48,658 bases of DNA from an uncultured Bacteroides sp. (GCA_964401095.1 CAYNXG010000001.1:1-48658), one strand, 5' to 3'. Counted from the first letter of the stretch, positions 8,996 to 17,930 are shown. The notes: generated from the sequence alone by a model not told the origin. Translations and numbers: made by a program.

Positions 8996-9076
8996 TATAG
9001 CGGTTTTCGCTAATTATAGCGGAATTTATAACGGATTCCGTCATATTATAGCGGATAATGACAGCCTATTCCGTCA
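8996..9076. repeat. Short imperfect direct repeats TTATA(G/A)CGGA x4 plus ATTCCGTCA x2
   Basis: Copies at 8996-9003 (partial), 9014-9023, 9026-9035 and 9046-9055. ATTCCGTCA occurs at 9035-9043 and 9068-9076. Confidence 0.6.
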
Positions 9077-9138
9077 AAAATGTTTAAATCCATCGAATTT
9101 CGACGAAAATACATACTGAACGGAAAAGAATAAAGACC

Positions 9139-9420
9139 ATGTTATTAGTAGACAAAATAAAAGAGTTGAGAGAAGAACACGGTGTGTTACAAAGGCAATT
9201 GGCAGCTTTGCTTGATATAGGCACTCGAATGTTTAGCAAAATAGAGCGTGACGATAGATATGCCAAACGGACACAAGTAATACAATTAGCTGAGTATTTC
9301 AATATTGATAAAAATGAACTTCTTACACTATGGCTGGCAGACAAAGTATTGGATGCTATAGAAGATGAAGACGAATTAAAGCAAAAAGCCATTGAGGTTG
9401 CACAAGAAAGAATAGACTAA
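9139..9420 (+). CDS. XRE-family helix-turn-helix transcriptional regulator, 93 aa
   Basis: KIKELREEHGVLQRQLAALLDI...FSKIER HTH pattern. The LWLADKV tail is characteristic of Bacteroidales XRE proteins found next to RM loci. Confidence 0.85.
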   Translation: MLLVDKIKELREEHGVLQRQLAALLDIGTRMFSKIERDDRYAKRTQVIQLAEYFNIDKNELLTLWLADKVLDAIEDEDELKQKAIEVAQERID

Positions 9421-9517
9421 TCCTCACAAATATCGGGAACTATATGGTATCATTATCATACGATTTCCGATGTTAATATTTGATAATCAGATTGATATTT
9501 TGCAATATTCGGTTCAA

Positions 9518-9815
9518 GCGTGGGTATCTGTACCGTTGCTATTTGCTGAATAGGTATCGCCAAACACCTTGCTGTCAAATAACAACGCAGATACTCACGC
9601 CGATATGTGAATACCCCAAACCCACTCCATGCCAATTAAGGCATAGAATGAGCCCGGATAGGTAAATACATACCCGTGAGCGTCAACTTTGCTTATTCTT
9701 GACAGCTGTTAAAATTGGCGATTTTATTCAGCAAGAATAAAGCGCGAGTAAACGCCTTTTATTTTAATTATCTCCCGCCCCGCTTCCTCTCATGGAAGAC
9801 AAATGGCGTGAGTCT
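9518..9815 (-). ncRNA. Putative structured non-coding/leader RNA
   Basis: Three consecutive long imperfect hairpins with long-range complementary blocks, directly downstream of a minus-strand TATATTTG promoter element. No convincing ORF. The family is not recognised and the strand is inferred from the promoter. Confidence 0.4.
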
Positions 9816-9820
9816 ATATG

Positions 9821-9828
9821 CAAATATA
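9821..9828 (-). promoter_or_regulatory. -7 promoter element pointing into the island
   Basis: CAAATATA on plus reads TATATTTG on minus (TAnnTTTG). Confidence 0.5.
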
Positions 9829-9969
9829 GATATTTAAATTCATGTGGCAATCAGATTATGCTATGTAACATATCGCGACAGCCTACTTTGAGGTAAGTGT
9901 GGGATGCAGTTATTTGCAAAAAATATCGATGGTCGAAAGATGCGGCTATAATATCTCCGCGATTTTCAC

Positions 9970-9977
9970 TAATTTTG
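9970..9977 (+). promoter_or_regulatory. -7 promoter element of ychF
   Basis: TAATTTTG, 37 nt upstream of ATG 10015. Confidence 0.6.
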
Positions 9978-10014
9978 CAGTCTAAATCAATTTAATAAGT
10001 AACAATATTGAATC

Positions 10015-11118
10015 ATGGCACTTCAATGCGGCATAGTAGGACTGCCCAATGTGGGCAAGTCGACACTTTTTAACTGTCTCTCCAATGCAAAGGCTCAATC
10101 GGCCAATTTCCCGTTCTGCACAATAGAGCCTAATGTCGGAGTCATAACTGTACCCGATGACAGGTTGACAAAACTGGTTGAGATGTGTCAGCCCAAAAGC
10201 GTGGTGCCCGCTACGGTGGAGATTGTCGACATAGCCGGCCTCGTAAAAGGAGCAAGCAAAGGCGAGGGCCTCGGCAACAAATTTCTCGCCAACATACGCG
10301 AGACCGACGCTATAATACATGTATTGCGCTGCTTTGATGACGACAACATAACCCATGTGGACGGAAGTGTCGACCCGGTGCGCGACAAGGAGATAATAGA
10401 CTACGAGCTGCAACTCAAAGACCTTGAGACAGTAGAAGCCCGTATAGCCAAGACGCAGAAGCAGGCCCAGACAGGAGGCGACAAGACGGCCAAGATGCAA
10501 TATGAGGTGCTGTGCCGCTTCAAAGAGGCCCTCGACCAAGGCAAGCCCGCACGTTCGGTGACATTTGACGGCGTGGACGAGCAGCGGTTTGCCCGTGACC
10601 TGTTTCTGCTCACCAACAAACCGGTGCTTTACGTGTGCAACGTCGACGATGCGTCGGCAGCCACAGGCAACAGCTATGTCGAGGCTGTCAAGGAAGCTAT
10701 AAAAGATGAAAACGCACAGCTTCTTATAGTGGCCGCACAGACCGAGGCCGACATAGCGGAGCTCGACACATGGGAGGAGCGTCAGGAATTTCTAAATGAG
10801 ATAGGCCTTGAAGAGTCGGGAGTAAGCCGACTTATACGCTCGGCTTACGCACTGCTTAACCTACAGACATATTTCACGGCAGGTCCCGACGAAGTGAGAG
10901 CGTGGACATTCATGCGCGGCTCCAAAGCACCGCAATGTGCCGGCATTATACACACCGATTTCGAGAAAGGCTTCATCCGCGCCGAGGTCATCAAGTATGA
11001 CGACTATGTGTCGCTCGGCGGCGAACAGGGCGTGCGCGAGGCCGGCAAGCTCGGCGTGGAAGGCAAGGAATATGTGGTGCAGGACGGCGATATCATGCAC
11101 TTCAGATTCAATGTCTGA
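10015..11118 (+). CDS. ychF: Ribosome-binding ATPase YchF (Obg family)
   Basis: [36 protein letters not shown], and a TGS-domain end [19 protein letters not shown]. Confidence 0.98.
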   Translation: MALQCGIVGLPNVGKSTLFNCLSNAKAQSANFPFCTIEPNVGVITVPDDRLTKLVEMCQPKSVVPATVEIVDIAGLVKGASKGEGLGNKFLANIRETDAIIHVLRCFDDDNITHVDGSVDPVRDKEIIDYELQLKDLETVEARIAKTQKQAQTGGDKTAKMQYEVLCRFKEALDQGKPARSVTFDGVDEQRFARDLFLLTNKPVLYVCNVDDASAATGNSYVEAVKEAIKDENAQLLIVAAQTEADIAELDTWEERQEFLNEIGLEESGVSRLIRSAYALLNLQTYFTAGPDEVRAWTFMRGSKAPQCAGIIHTDFEKGFIRAEVIKYDDYVSLGGEQGVREAGKLGVEGKEYVVQDGDIMHFRFNV

Positions 11119-11154
11119 TTATTGTGTGAAAAACGTTAAATAATACAAAAGACG

Positions 11155-11197
11155 CGGATTTCGTGTGTGTTTGTTTGTAAGATACACACGGAATCCG
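11155..11197. terminator. Stem-loop after ychF, overlapping the next promoter
   Basis: CGGATTTCGTGTGTGT (11155-11170) pairs with ATACACACGGAATCCG (11182-11197), 16 bp with two G-U pairs. The U-tract is weak. Confidence 0.5.
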
Positions 11198-11205
11198 TAA
11201 CTTTG
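11174..11205 (+). promoter_or_regulatory. Consensus Bacteroidetes promoter for the ECF sigma gene
   Basis: TTTG (11174-11177), a 20-nt spacer, then TAACTTTG (11198-11205). Confidence 0.7.
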
Positions 11206-11292
11206 TAAACTTGAAAATAAACCGGATTATCCACTAATAAAAAACATCTGCCTATAGCCAATCTCTACTCTAAATCGAAATTAAGAATAGAA

Positions 11293-11883
11293 ATGCAACA
11301 ATTAGCACAGCTCACCGACGATAAGTTGGTGCAATCTTACGCTAACGGCAACCACGAAGCTTTTGACGCGTTATTGCTGCGTCACCAATCACGACTTCTG
11401 AACTATATCATACAGCAGTGTGGCAACGCTCAGCTGGCCGAGGATATATTTCAGGAAACCTTTGTAAAGGCAATCGTCACCATACGCAACGGCAACTACA
11501 CCGAAAACGGCAAGTTTGCCAACTGGCTTTTCCGCATTGCCCGCAATCTGGTAATAGACCATTTCCGTCACGAGAACGCCGAGGGGACCTTCTCCACCGA
11601 TGACGAGAATTTCGATGTGCTCAATCGCAAGGAACTCAGCGACATCACCATCGAGGACGAGCTCGTAGACCTTCAGATACGCGACGACGTGCGCCGCCTT
11701 ATCCGCAATCTGCCATTCGTGCAGATGCAGGTGCTGGTCATGCGCTACTACCGCAACCTCAGCTTCAAGGAAATCGCCGAAAAGACCGGTGTAAGCATCA
11801 ATACGGCCCTCGGCCGCATGCGCTATGCCATCCTGAACCTGCGGCGTATGGCCAAGGAGAGCAACATCGCTCTCACCCATTGA
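11293..11883 (+). CDS. ECF-type RNA polymerase sigma-70 factor
   Basis: Region 2 AEDIFQETFVKA...WLFRIARNLVIDHFR; region 4 LSFKEIAEKTGVSINTALGRMRYA. Confidence 0.93.
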   Translation: MQQLAQLTDDKLVQSYANGNHEAFDALLLRHQSRLLNYIIQQCGNAQLAEDIFQETFVKAIVTIRNGNYTENGKFANWLFRIARNLVIDHFRHENAEGTFSTDDENFDVLNRKELSDITIEDELVDLQIRDDVRRLIRNLPFVQMQVLVMRYYRNLSFKEIAEKTGVSINTALGRMRYAILNLRRMAKESNIALTH

Positions 11884-11925
11884 CCGCGCCCGCCTCGCGG
11901 CGGTAACCTAAGACAAATTTCTGTA

Positions 11926-13323
11926 ATGTTAGAAAATATCGGAAAATACATCGTGGCGGTAGCCGACTTCCTGTGCGGCTACCCCTTGTTTTTTCTGCTC
12001 ATAGGCGGAGGCCTCTACCTGTTTCTCAGCTCGGGGCTGGTGTCGCTGCGGCGCCTGCCCTCGGCCCTGAAAGAGCTGCGCACCAAGAACGACAGCAAGA
12101 ACGGCCAGATATCCTCGGCCCAGGCTCTTGCCGGCGTCATCGCGGCCACCGTGGGCCTCGGCAACATAGCCGGCGTGGCAATAGCCCTGGTGATGGGCGG
12201 CCCGGGCGCGATATTCTGGATGTGGGTCAGCGCCATCGTGGGCATGGCCACCAAGTATCACGAAGGCGTCCTGGCCATCATGTACAAGGGCACCGACGAC
12301 GCCGGGCGCCCCCAGGGCGGCCCCATGCACATCATCACCCGCGGCCTGGGCGTGCGGTGGACTCCCGTGGCGCGGTTCTTCGCCGTGGCCGGCCTGTTCG
12401 GCACGCTGTGCATCATGAACGCCAACCAGCTCACCGAGGCTGTCATAACCACCTTCTCCACGCCCGACGGCGTGGCGTCGAGCGGATTCCTGTCGTCGGC
12501 CGGGGCCATGCTGGGCCTCGAGAACGTCAGCGTCTACAAGCTCATCGTGGGCTGCGCCATAGCGGCCGTTGTGGCCATCGTGATTCTCGGCGGCATACGG
12601 CGCATAGCCAATGTGGCGTCGGTGATGGTGCCGTTCATGGTGGGCGTCTATTTCCTCATGGTGCTCTATATCATCCTCACCCGCCTGGGCGACGTGCCCG
12701 GGGTGTTTGCCCGCATATTCTCCGAGGCGTTCAACCTCCGGGCCGGCATTGGTGCCCTGGCCGGCATAGCCATCATAGGCGCGCGCAGGGCCGCCCTCGT
12801 CAACGACGCCGGCATAGGTACAGCCTCGATAATGCACGGCGCCTCGCGCAACAACAGCCCCGTGCGCGAGGGCCTTATCGCCATGCTCGGCCCCGGCATC
12901 GACTCGGGCCTGGTGTGCACCCTGACGGCGCTGGCCATCCTGCTCTGCGTGCCCGAGGTGCAGCATATCGAGGGCGTGCAGGGGCTCGCCGTGGCCATGA
13001 CGGCATTCAGCCGCGGCATACCCTACGGCGAGTATCTGCTGATGTTTGTGGTGATATGCTTCGGCATGTCGTCGATGTTCTCCTATTCGTTCTACGGCTC
13101 CACGTGCGCGTCGTATCTGTTCGGTTCGCGCCGCTCGCGGTGGTATGTCTACGCCTTCATCCTGTCGCTCATCGTCTTCGCCGTGGTGCCGCTCGAGGCC
13201 GCCGTGGGCATGTGCGACCTGTTCTACGCCCTGATGGCCCTGCCCACCATGGTGACAATCATCCTGCTCAGCGGACGTGTGCGCGAGGCCACCCGCCGAT
13301 ATTTCAACAAGAGTCAACAGTAA
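11926..13323 (+). CDS. Alanine/glycine:cation symporter (AGCS) family transporter
   Basis: ATVGLGNIAGVAIAL, GGPGAIFWMW, GGPM and LGGIRRIA motifs; many transmembrane segments. Confidence 0.93.
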   Translation: MLENIGKYIVAVADFLCGYPLFFLLIGGGLYLFLSSGLVSLRRLPSALKELRTKNDSKNGQISSAQALAGVIAATVGLGNIAGVAIALVMGGPGAIFWMWVSAIVGMATKYHEGVLAIMYKGTDDAGRPQGGPMHIITRGLGVRWTPVARFFAVAGLFGTLCIMNANQLTEAVITTFSTPDGVASSGFLSSAGAMLGLENVSVYKLIVGCAIAAVVAIVILGGIRRIANVASVMVPFMVGVYFLMVLYIILTRLGDVPGVFARIFSEAFNLRAGIGALAGIAIIGARRAALVNDAGIGTASIMHGASRNNSPVREGLIAMLGPGIDSGLVCTLTALAILLCVPEVQHIEGVQGLAVAMTAFSRGIPYGEYLLMFVVICFGMSSMFSYSFYGSTCASYLFGSRRSRWYVYAFILSLIVFAVVPLEAAVGMCDLFYALMALPTMVTIILLSGRVREATRRYFNKSQQ

Positions 13324-13367
13324 AAGCCTGTTTGTTATTAAACAAGCTCTAAAGCCTACATAAAACC

Positions 13368-14234
13368 ATGCTCAACTATATAATATGGAATATGGACCCC
13401 ACGCTCATAAGCTGGCCGGTGCAGATACGCTGGTACGGCCTCATGTTTGCCGTGGGCTTCTGGATAGGATTCAATATCGTCGGCGCTATGTTCAAGCGCG
13501 AGGGCGCGCCCGAGCGCTGGCTCGGCGTGCTGCTTATATGGGTGGCTGCCGGCACGGTCATCGGTGCCCGTCTGGGACACGTGTTCTTCTACGAGTGGAG
13601 CTACTATTCCCAGCATCCGCTCAAGATTCTCGCCACGTGGGAGGGCGGCCTCGCTAGCCACGGCGGTGCCATCGGCGTCATACTGGCCGTGATACTGTTC
13701 TCGATCATCACCACAAAGCGCAGCCCCCTGTGGACGTTCGACCGCCTGGTGGTGGCCATCGCCCTGGTGGGCGGCCTCATCCGCGTGGGCAATCTCATGA
13801 ATTCCGAGATATTCGGCCATGCCACCACGCTGCCCTGGGGCTTCATGTTCGTGCGCTCGGCCGAGTGGCACCATTATTACGAGGGCCAGGCCTGCCATCC
13901 CACCCAGCTCTACGAGGCGCTGTGCTACTTCGCCCTGTTCGGGCTGCTGATGTGGATGTACTGGCGGCGCAACGCCGGCGAGCGTCCCGGCCTTATCTTC
14001 GGCACATTCCTCACGGGCATATTCCTGCCCAGGTTCCTGATAGAATTCATAAAGAATCCGCAGGTGGCCTTCGAGAACGACATGACGCTAAACATGGGCC
14101 AGTGGCTCAGCATACCCTTCGTGCTGCTGGGCGTGGCGCTCATCATCATGGCTCTGCGCCGTCCGCGCGTCAGAATCGACTATCCCGGCCGTTATGCCGA
14201 CGACACATCGGCCCCGGCAAAAGGCAAGAAATAA
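13368..14234 (+). CDS. lgt: Prolipoprotein diacylglyceryl transferase
   Basis: IRWYGLMF, GARLGHV, GGLASHGG, RVGNLMNSEIFG, HPTQLYEA, MGQWLSIPF. Confidence 0.97.
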   Translation: MLNYIIWNMDPTLISWPVQIRWYGLMFAVGFWIGFNIVGAMFKREGAPERWLGVLLIWVAAGTVIGARLGHVFFYEWSYYSQHPLKILATWEGGLASHGGAIGVILAVILFSIITTKRSPLWTFDRLVVAIALVGGLIRVGNLMNSEIFGHATTLPWGFMFVRSAEWHHYYEGQACHPTQLYEALCYFALFGLLMWMYWRRNAGERPGLIFGTFLTGIFLPRFLIEFIKNPQVAFENDMTLNMGQWLSIPFVLLGVALIIMALRRPRVRIDYPGRYADDTSAPAKGKK

Positions 14235-14262
14235 GAACATCCATATTTGAAGAAGTTCTGAT

Positions 14263-15183
14263 ATGAACAAGGCGTCGTTTCGCCGCAGGCTCAAACCGTG
14301 GATGCTCCCTATAGCCATGGTCTGCGGCATGTTGTTCCACTCGGCTATGGATTCGGTGCAGTTTTTGGCGCCGTATCTGATTTTCACGATGCTGCTCATC
14401 ACGTTCTGCCGTGTCAGGCCGTCGGAGTTCCGCGTGTCGCGACTGGCCCTGGCCGTCGTGGGCGTGCAGATAGCCGGCGGAATAGCGGCATACTTCGCCC
14501 TGCTGCCCGCGGGCGCCGACCTGGCCCAGGGCACCATGATATGCTTCCTGTGTCCCACCGCCACCGCCGCCCCGGTCATCACGGCCATGCTGGGCGGCTC
14601 CATCGCCACGCTCGTCACCATCTCCGTGCTCAGCAACCTGGCCCTGGCCGTGGCCGGGCCCCTGTTCTTCGCCATGATAGGGCCGGGCGCCGACATAGGA
14701 TTCGGCGAGGCGTTCATGACAATCATAAGCAAGGTGGGCCCCATGATTTTCGGACCCATGCTCACGGCTTTCGCGCTGATGCGTGTGGCGCCGCGCGTCC
14801 ACTCCACCCTGGCCACCCACCAGTCGCTGTCGTTCTATATCTGGGCGGTGTCGCTCATCCTCGTGGTGGGCCGGGCCGTCACCTTCGCCATGGCCGAGCC
14901 GGCCGACCGCGTGCCCGAGATGGTGGCGCTGGGACTGCTGGCCGGCGCCGCATGCGTGGCCCAGTTCATAATAGGCCGCAGGCTGGGACACCGTGCCGGC
15001 GACCCCGTGGCCGGCGCACAGGGCCTGGCGCAGAAAAACACCGTGCTGGCCGTGTGGATGGCCACCACATACCTAAATCCCATATCTTCCATAGCGCCTG
15101 CGGCATACATTGCATGGCAGAATACCATAAACTCGCTGCAGATATATTTCAAGACAACTCGCGACGCGCAGACCGAACCTTAA
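14263..15183 (+). CDS. Bile acid:sodium symporter-like membrane transporter
   Basis: About 9-10 hydrophobic segments; CPTATAAPVIT and QKNT motifs resemble SBF/BASS transporters. Confidence 0.72.
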   Translation: MNKASFRRRLKPWMLPIAMVCGMLFHSAMDSVQFLAPYLIFTMLLITFCRVRPSEFRVSRLALAVVGVQIAGGIAAYFALLPAGADLAQGTMICFLCPTATAAPVITAMLGGSIATLVTISVLSNLALAVAGPLFFAMIGPGADIGFGEAFMTIISKVGPMIFGPMLTAFALMRVAPRVHSTLATHQSLSFYIWAVSLILVVGRAVTFAMAEPADRVPEMVALGLLAGAACVAQFIIGRRLGHRAGDPVAGAQGLAQKNTVLAVWMATTYLNPISSIAPAAYIAWQNTINSLQIYFKTTRDAQTEP

Positions 15184-15241
15184 CGGCCCCCGTGCGTTTT
15201 TATCTATAAAACACTAATACCGCATACATACACCAACCGTC

Positions 15242-15940
15242 ATGAACAGCATGTTCGATATACTAATGGGGCTTCCGTTGTTCAAGGGTGTAAGCCTCGA
15301 ACGAATGGCCCAGACCGTAGGCAAGGCCAAATTCCATTTTCTGAAATATCTGCCCGGCGAGACTATCTTCCGCGCCGGCCAGCCGTGCACCGATCTTGCA
15401 TTCATCATATCGGGCACCGTCAGGATTACGATCTCGAATCCCGACGGACGGTTTGCCGTGTCGCAGTCGATCGCTTCGCGCGACGTTATATCGCCCGAAT
15501 TCCTTTTCGGGCGCATAACATCCTATCCCGGCTCTGTCACGGCTGTCGACACCGTGAGCCTTCTGCTCATCTCCAAGAAAGACTATATCGACATACTCCT
15601 CAGCGACAAGGTCTTCATGCTCAATTTTGTGAACGTGCTGTCGATGAACGCCCAGAAGGCCGTCGAGGGCATCCTTGCCGTCTCCACCGGCGATGTCACC
15701 GAGCGTATAGCATTCTGGATAAGCGCCCTCACCCAGCCGCGCAGCTTCGACATAAGACTCGAATGTCGCCAGCGCGACCTCGTGGCCCTGTTCGGCGTGC
15801 CGCGCACCACGCTGCGCGCCGCCCTGGAGGGGCTGAAGGAGCGAGGCATCATAGATTACTCGCTCTACGGCATCGACGTGCACGACCGTCAGGCCCTGCT
15901 GGCCTTGCTGCACAACCACGCCGAGAGCACTGCGGGCTGA
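15242..15940 (+). CDS. Crp/Fnr family transcriptional regulator
   Basis: N-terminal cNMP-binding fold (GETIFRAGQ...FIISGTVRI) and C-terminal HTH (QRDLVALFGVPRTTLRAALEGLKERGII). Confidence 0.88.
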   Translation: MNSMFDILMGLPLFKGVSLERMAQTVGKAKFHFLKYLPGETIFRAGQPCTDLAFIISGTVRITISNPDGRFAVSQSIASRDVISPEFLFGRITSYPGSVTAVDTVSLLLISKKDYIDILLSDKVFMLNFVNVLSMNAQKAVEGILAVSTGDVTERIAFWISALTQPRSFDIRLECRQRDLVALFGVPRTTLRAALEGLKERGIIDYSLYGIDVHDRQALLALLHNHAESTAG

Positions 15941-15965
15941 TGCACCACAGATACGAAAAAGTGAA

Positions 15966-15999
15966 CGGAGCCGCAGGTCAGCAATGACCTGCGGCTCCG
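15966..15999. terminator. Perfect 15-bp stem-loop between convergent genes
   Basis: CGGAGCCGCAGGTCA-GCAA-TGACCTGCGGCTCCG. Confidence 0.8.
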
Positions 16000-16040
16000 G
16001 CACAGTTCGGCGTCAGGCACCGATTATTTCACCAATCATT

Positions 16041-17864
16041 TCATTTTACCAATACCTTCTTGCCGCCGCGGATATAGAGGCCGGGGGCCGAGGGTGTGTC
16101 TATTTCAATGCCCTGGAGGTTGAACCAGCGTGCATCGTCGTCAGTGCCGTCTGTCACGGCCGAGTCAATGCCCGACTTGGCGCCGAAGCTGAGAGTGCAG
16201 TCTTTCGATACGGTGAACATGCACTTGCCGTCGGTGTCGGCCTGAAGGGCCTCGCCGTCGAGGCGTGCGATTGTGTTTTCGGGAATCTCGAATTCCACCC
16301 GTGTGCCGTCGAGAGCCTTGAACAGCGAGCCCTCCATCTTGGGTGCGCGCAGGAAGTCGACTGTCAGTGCGGGAGTCTCCAAGCCCTTGTCGGCGGTCAC
16401 GTCGACGATAAACAGCTCGGGAAGGTCGCCGAAGAACACCTTCACGGCATCGCCGTCCTCGAGGCTTACGTTATATTCGCGGCTCTGGGGATAGCTCTCG
16501 GCGCAGAGCTGGTCGTTGACGTAGACGTATGAGTTTACCGGGGCGCCGGTGCGCACGATGAACGCGTTGTCGCCGTCATAGAAGTCAAAGAGATTGTAAC
16601 CCTCCGCGAGTCCTTCAATGGGCGAGCGGTCGGCGCGCAGCATCGAGAAGTATTCCTCGGCCTCTCCAAGGTTTTTGATGAACGCGGCGGCGCGGCGGTC
16701 GCGCACGATGACGCCGGTGGTGACGGTTATCACATCGTCCTGCGTGAGCGAGCCCAGCATAACGGGTGCCACCTGCAGCTCCTCGCGGGTATATGCCTCG
16801 CCGGTGAGGTCGAGCGACTCGATGAAGCAGCCGTCGGCCGGCACGAAGCTTATGATGGGTATGGTGCGCAGCACTTCCACAGTGTTCTCGCCTGCCGTGA
16901 GCTCATATTCCTCGTTGTTGTAGCTGTATCCGCGGTAAACGTGGATGCGCGAGGGATCGTCGACCACCACCTTCATCTTGAACGATGCGAATTTCTGCAC
17001 CGTTATGTCGAGGGTGGCGTCGCAGGTGGCGATGAACATGAAGGGGTTGTAGAACGCAGCCTGACGGCCGTTGACGGTGAATGACGTCACCTCGTATTCG
17101 TTGGTACGGCCGTAGACGCATACCTCCGAGCCGGCCTTGACGGTGAAGTCGGGCGACATGTAGTTGAACACGGGCTTGCCGTCAACGTCAACGCCTCTTA
17201 TAAAGTCCTCGGCATCATCGCCGTAGAGGTTGAATTTCACGGCATAATCGATGTCGGGATATTTCGTGAGAATGTCGATGCGGGTGCCGTCTACGGCTGC
17301 GACGGTGTAGCTGTAATCCGAGGTGGCGGTTATGTCCTTGCCGTCGACGGATATCGAGTAGATGGGCTTCTCGCCGGTGGGCTTGATGATGAAGTCCTTG
17401 TCTGTGGCGGGGTCGAACGACACTGTGTTTTCGCCGTCGGCGAGGGGCACCACGGTCTCGGTGCCGCTGAGCGTGAGGCTCACCTTCGACGCGTCGTCGA
17501 CGTTAACGGTGGCCTTGGCCGTGCGCACGTCGCCCGAGGCGGCCGTGTATACGTAATAGACATCGCCGTAGTCCGAGTAGAAGTTGAGATAACATGTCTT
17601 GTGGTTGAGCACCGGCATGTCGTCTGACCATGAGCCGTTGGTTTCCTTCACCGACTCTATGATATAGCCGTCCACGGCCTCGATGGTGATGGTCGTGCCG
17701 GCGGAGACGTCAAACGTGTTGAGCCCGTCAACTATGCCTGTCTTCACTTCGTCGCCCACCGAGAGCGTTATGTGAGAGGCATTGTCCACGTGTATGCGGG
17801 CGTCGAAAGCCGATGCAGACAGTGTCGTGACGATGGCAATAATAAGGGGTAGGAGTTTTTTCAT
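16041..17864 (-). CDS. Secreted beta-rich repeat protein with a T9SS-like C-terminal sorting domain, 607 aa
   Basis: Start reassigned to MKKLLPLIIAIVTTLSASA (signal peptide, downstream of a promoter). Has internal repeats VD(D/N)xS...LxxGxNT and a C-terminal GIDSAV...WFNLQGIEI...GLYIRGGKKVLVK. Confidence 0.8.
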   Translation of the reverse strand: MKKLLPLIIAIVTTLSASAFDARIHVDNASHITLSVGDEVKTGIVDGLNTFDVSAGTTITIEAVDGYIIESVKETNGSWSDDMPVLNHKTCYLNFYSDYGDVYYVYTAASGDVRTAKATVNVDDASKVSLTLSGTETVVPLADGENTVSFDPATDKDFIIKPTGEKPIYSISVDGKDITATSDYSYTVAAVDGTRIDILTKYPDIDYAVKFNLYGDDAEDFIRGVDVDGKPVFNYMSPDFTVKAGSEVCVYGRTNEYEVTSFTVNGRQAAFYNPFMFIATCDATLDITVQKFASFKMKVVVDDPSRIHVYRGYSYNNEEYELTAGENTVEVLRTIPIISFVPADGCFIESLDLTGEAYTREELQVAPVMLGSLTQDDVITVTTGVIVRDRRAAAFIKNLGEAEEYFSMLRADRSPIEGLAEGYNLFDFYDGDNAFIVRTGAPVNSYVYVNDQLCAESYPQSREYNVSLEDGDAVKVFFGDLPELFIVDVTADKGLETPALTVDFLRAPKMEGSLFKALDGTRVEFEIPENTIARLDGEALQADTDGKCMFTVSKDCTLSFGAKSGIDSAVTDGTDDDARWFNLQGIEIDTPSAPGLYIRGGKKVLVK

Positions 17865-17899
17865 TATGCGTAATGATTGTGTAGGATGAATATAATTCG

Positions 17900-17930
17900 C
17901 AAAATTATATAAATATGTTGAATTTCCAAA
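17900..17930 (-). promoter_or_regulatory. Consensus promoter for the secreted repeat protein
   Basis: Minus strand: TTTG (17930-17927), 19 nt, then TAATTTTG (17907-17900). Confidence 0.65.

Larger units (their letters stand above)
1..9900. mobile_element. AT-rich genomic (defence-type) island, right-hand part; boundary approximate
   Basis: Sharp compositional contrast with the GC-rich genes from ~11.9 kb onward. Cargo is a restriction remnant, nuclease/helicase/methyltransferase genes, pseudogenes and an XRE regulator. No integrase or att site was identified in the window, and the left end lies outside it. Confidence 0.7.

Noticed and set aside
8996-9076. Mini CRISPR array
   Set aside because: Repeats are only ~10 bp with 2-10-nt gaps, and there are no cas genes.
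9475-9510. TTGATAATCAG-type AT-rich dyad as an att or integrase arm site
   Set aside because: There is no integrase and no second copy in the window to pair it with.
9480-9665. 61-aa TTG-start ORF in the structured intergenic region
   Set aside because: No recognisable features; the sequence is better explained by base-pairing constraints.
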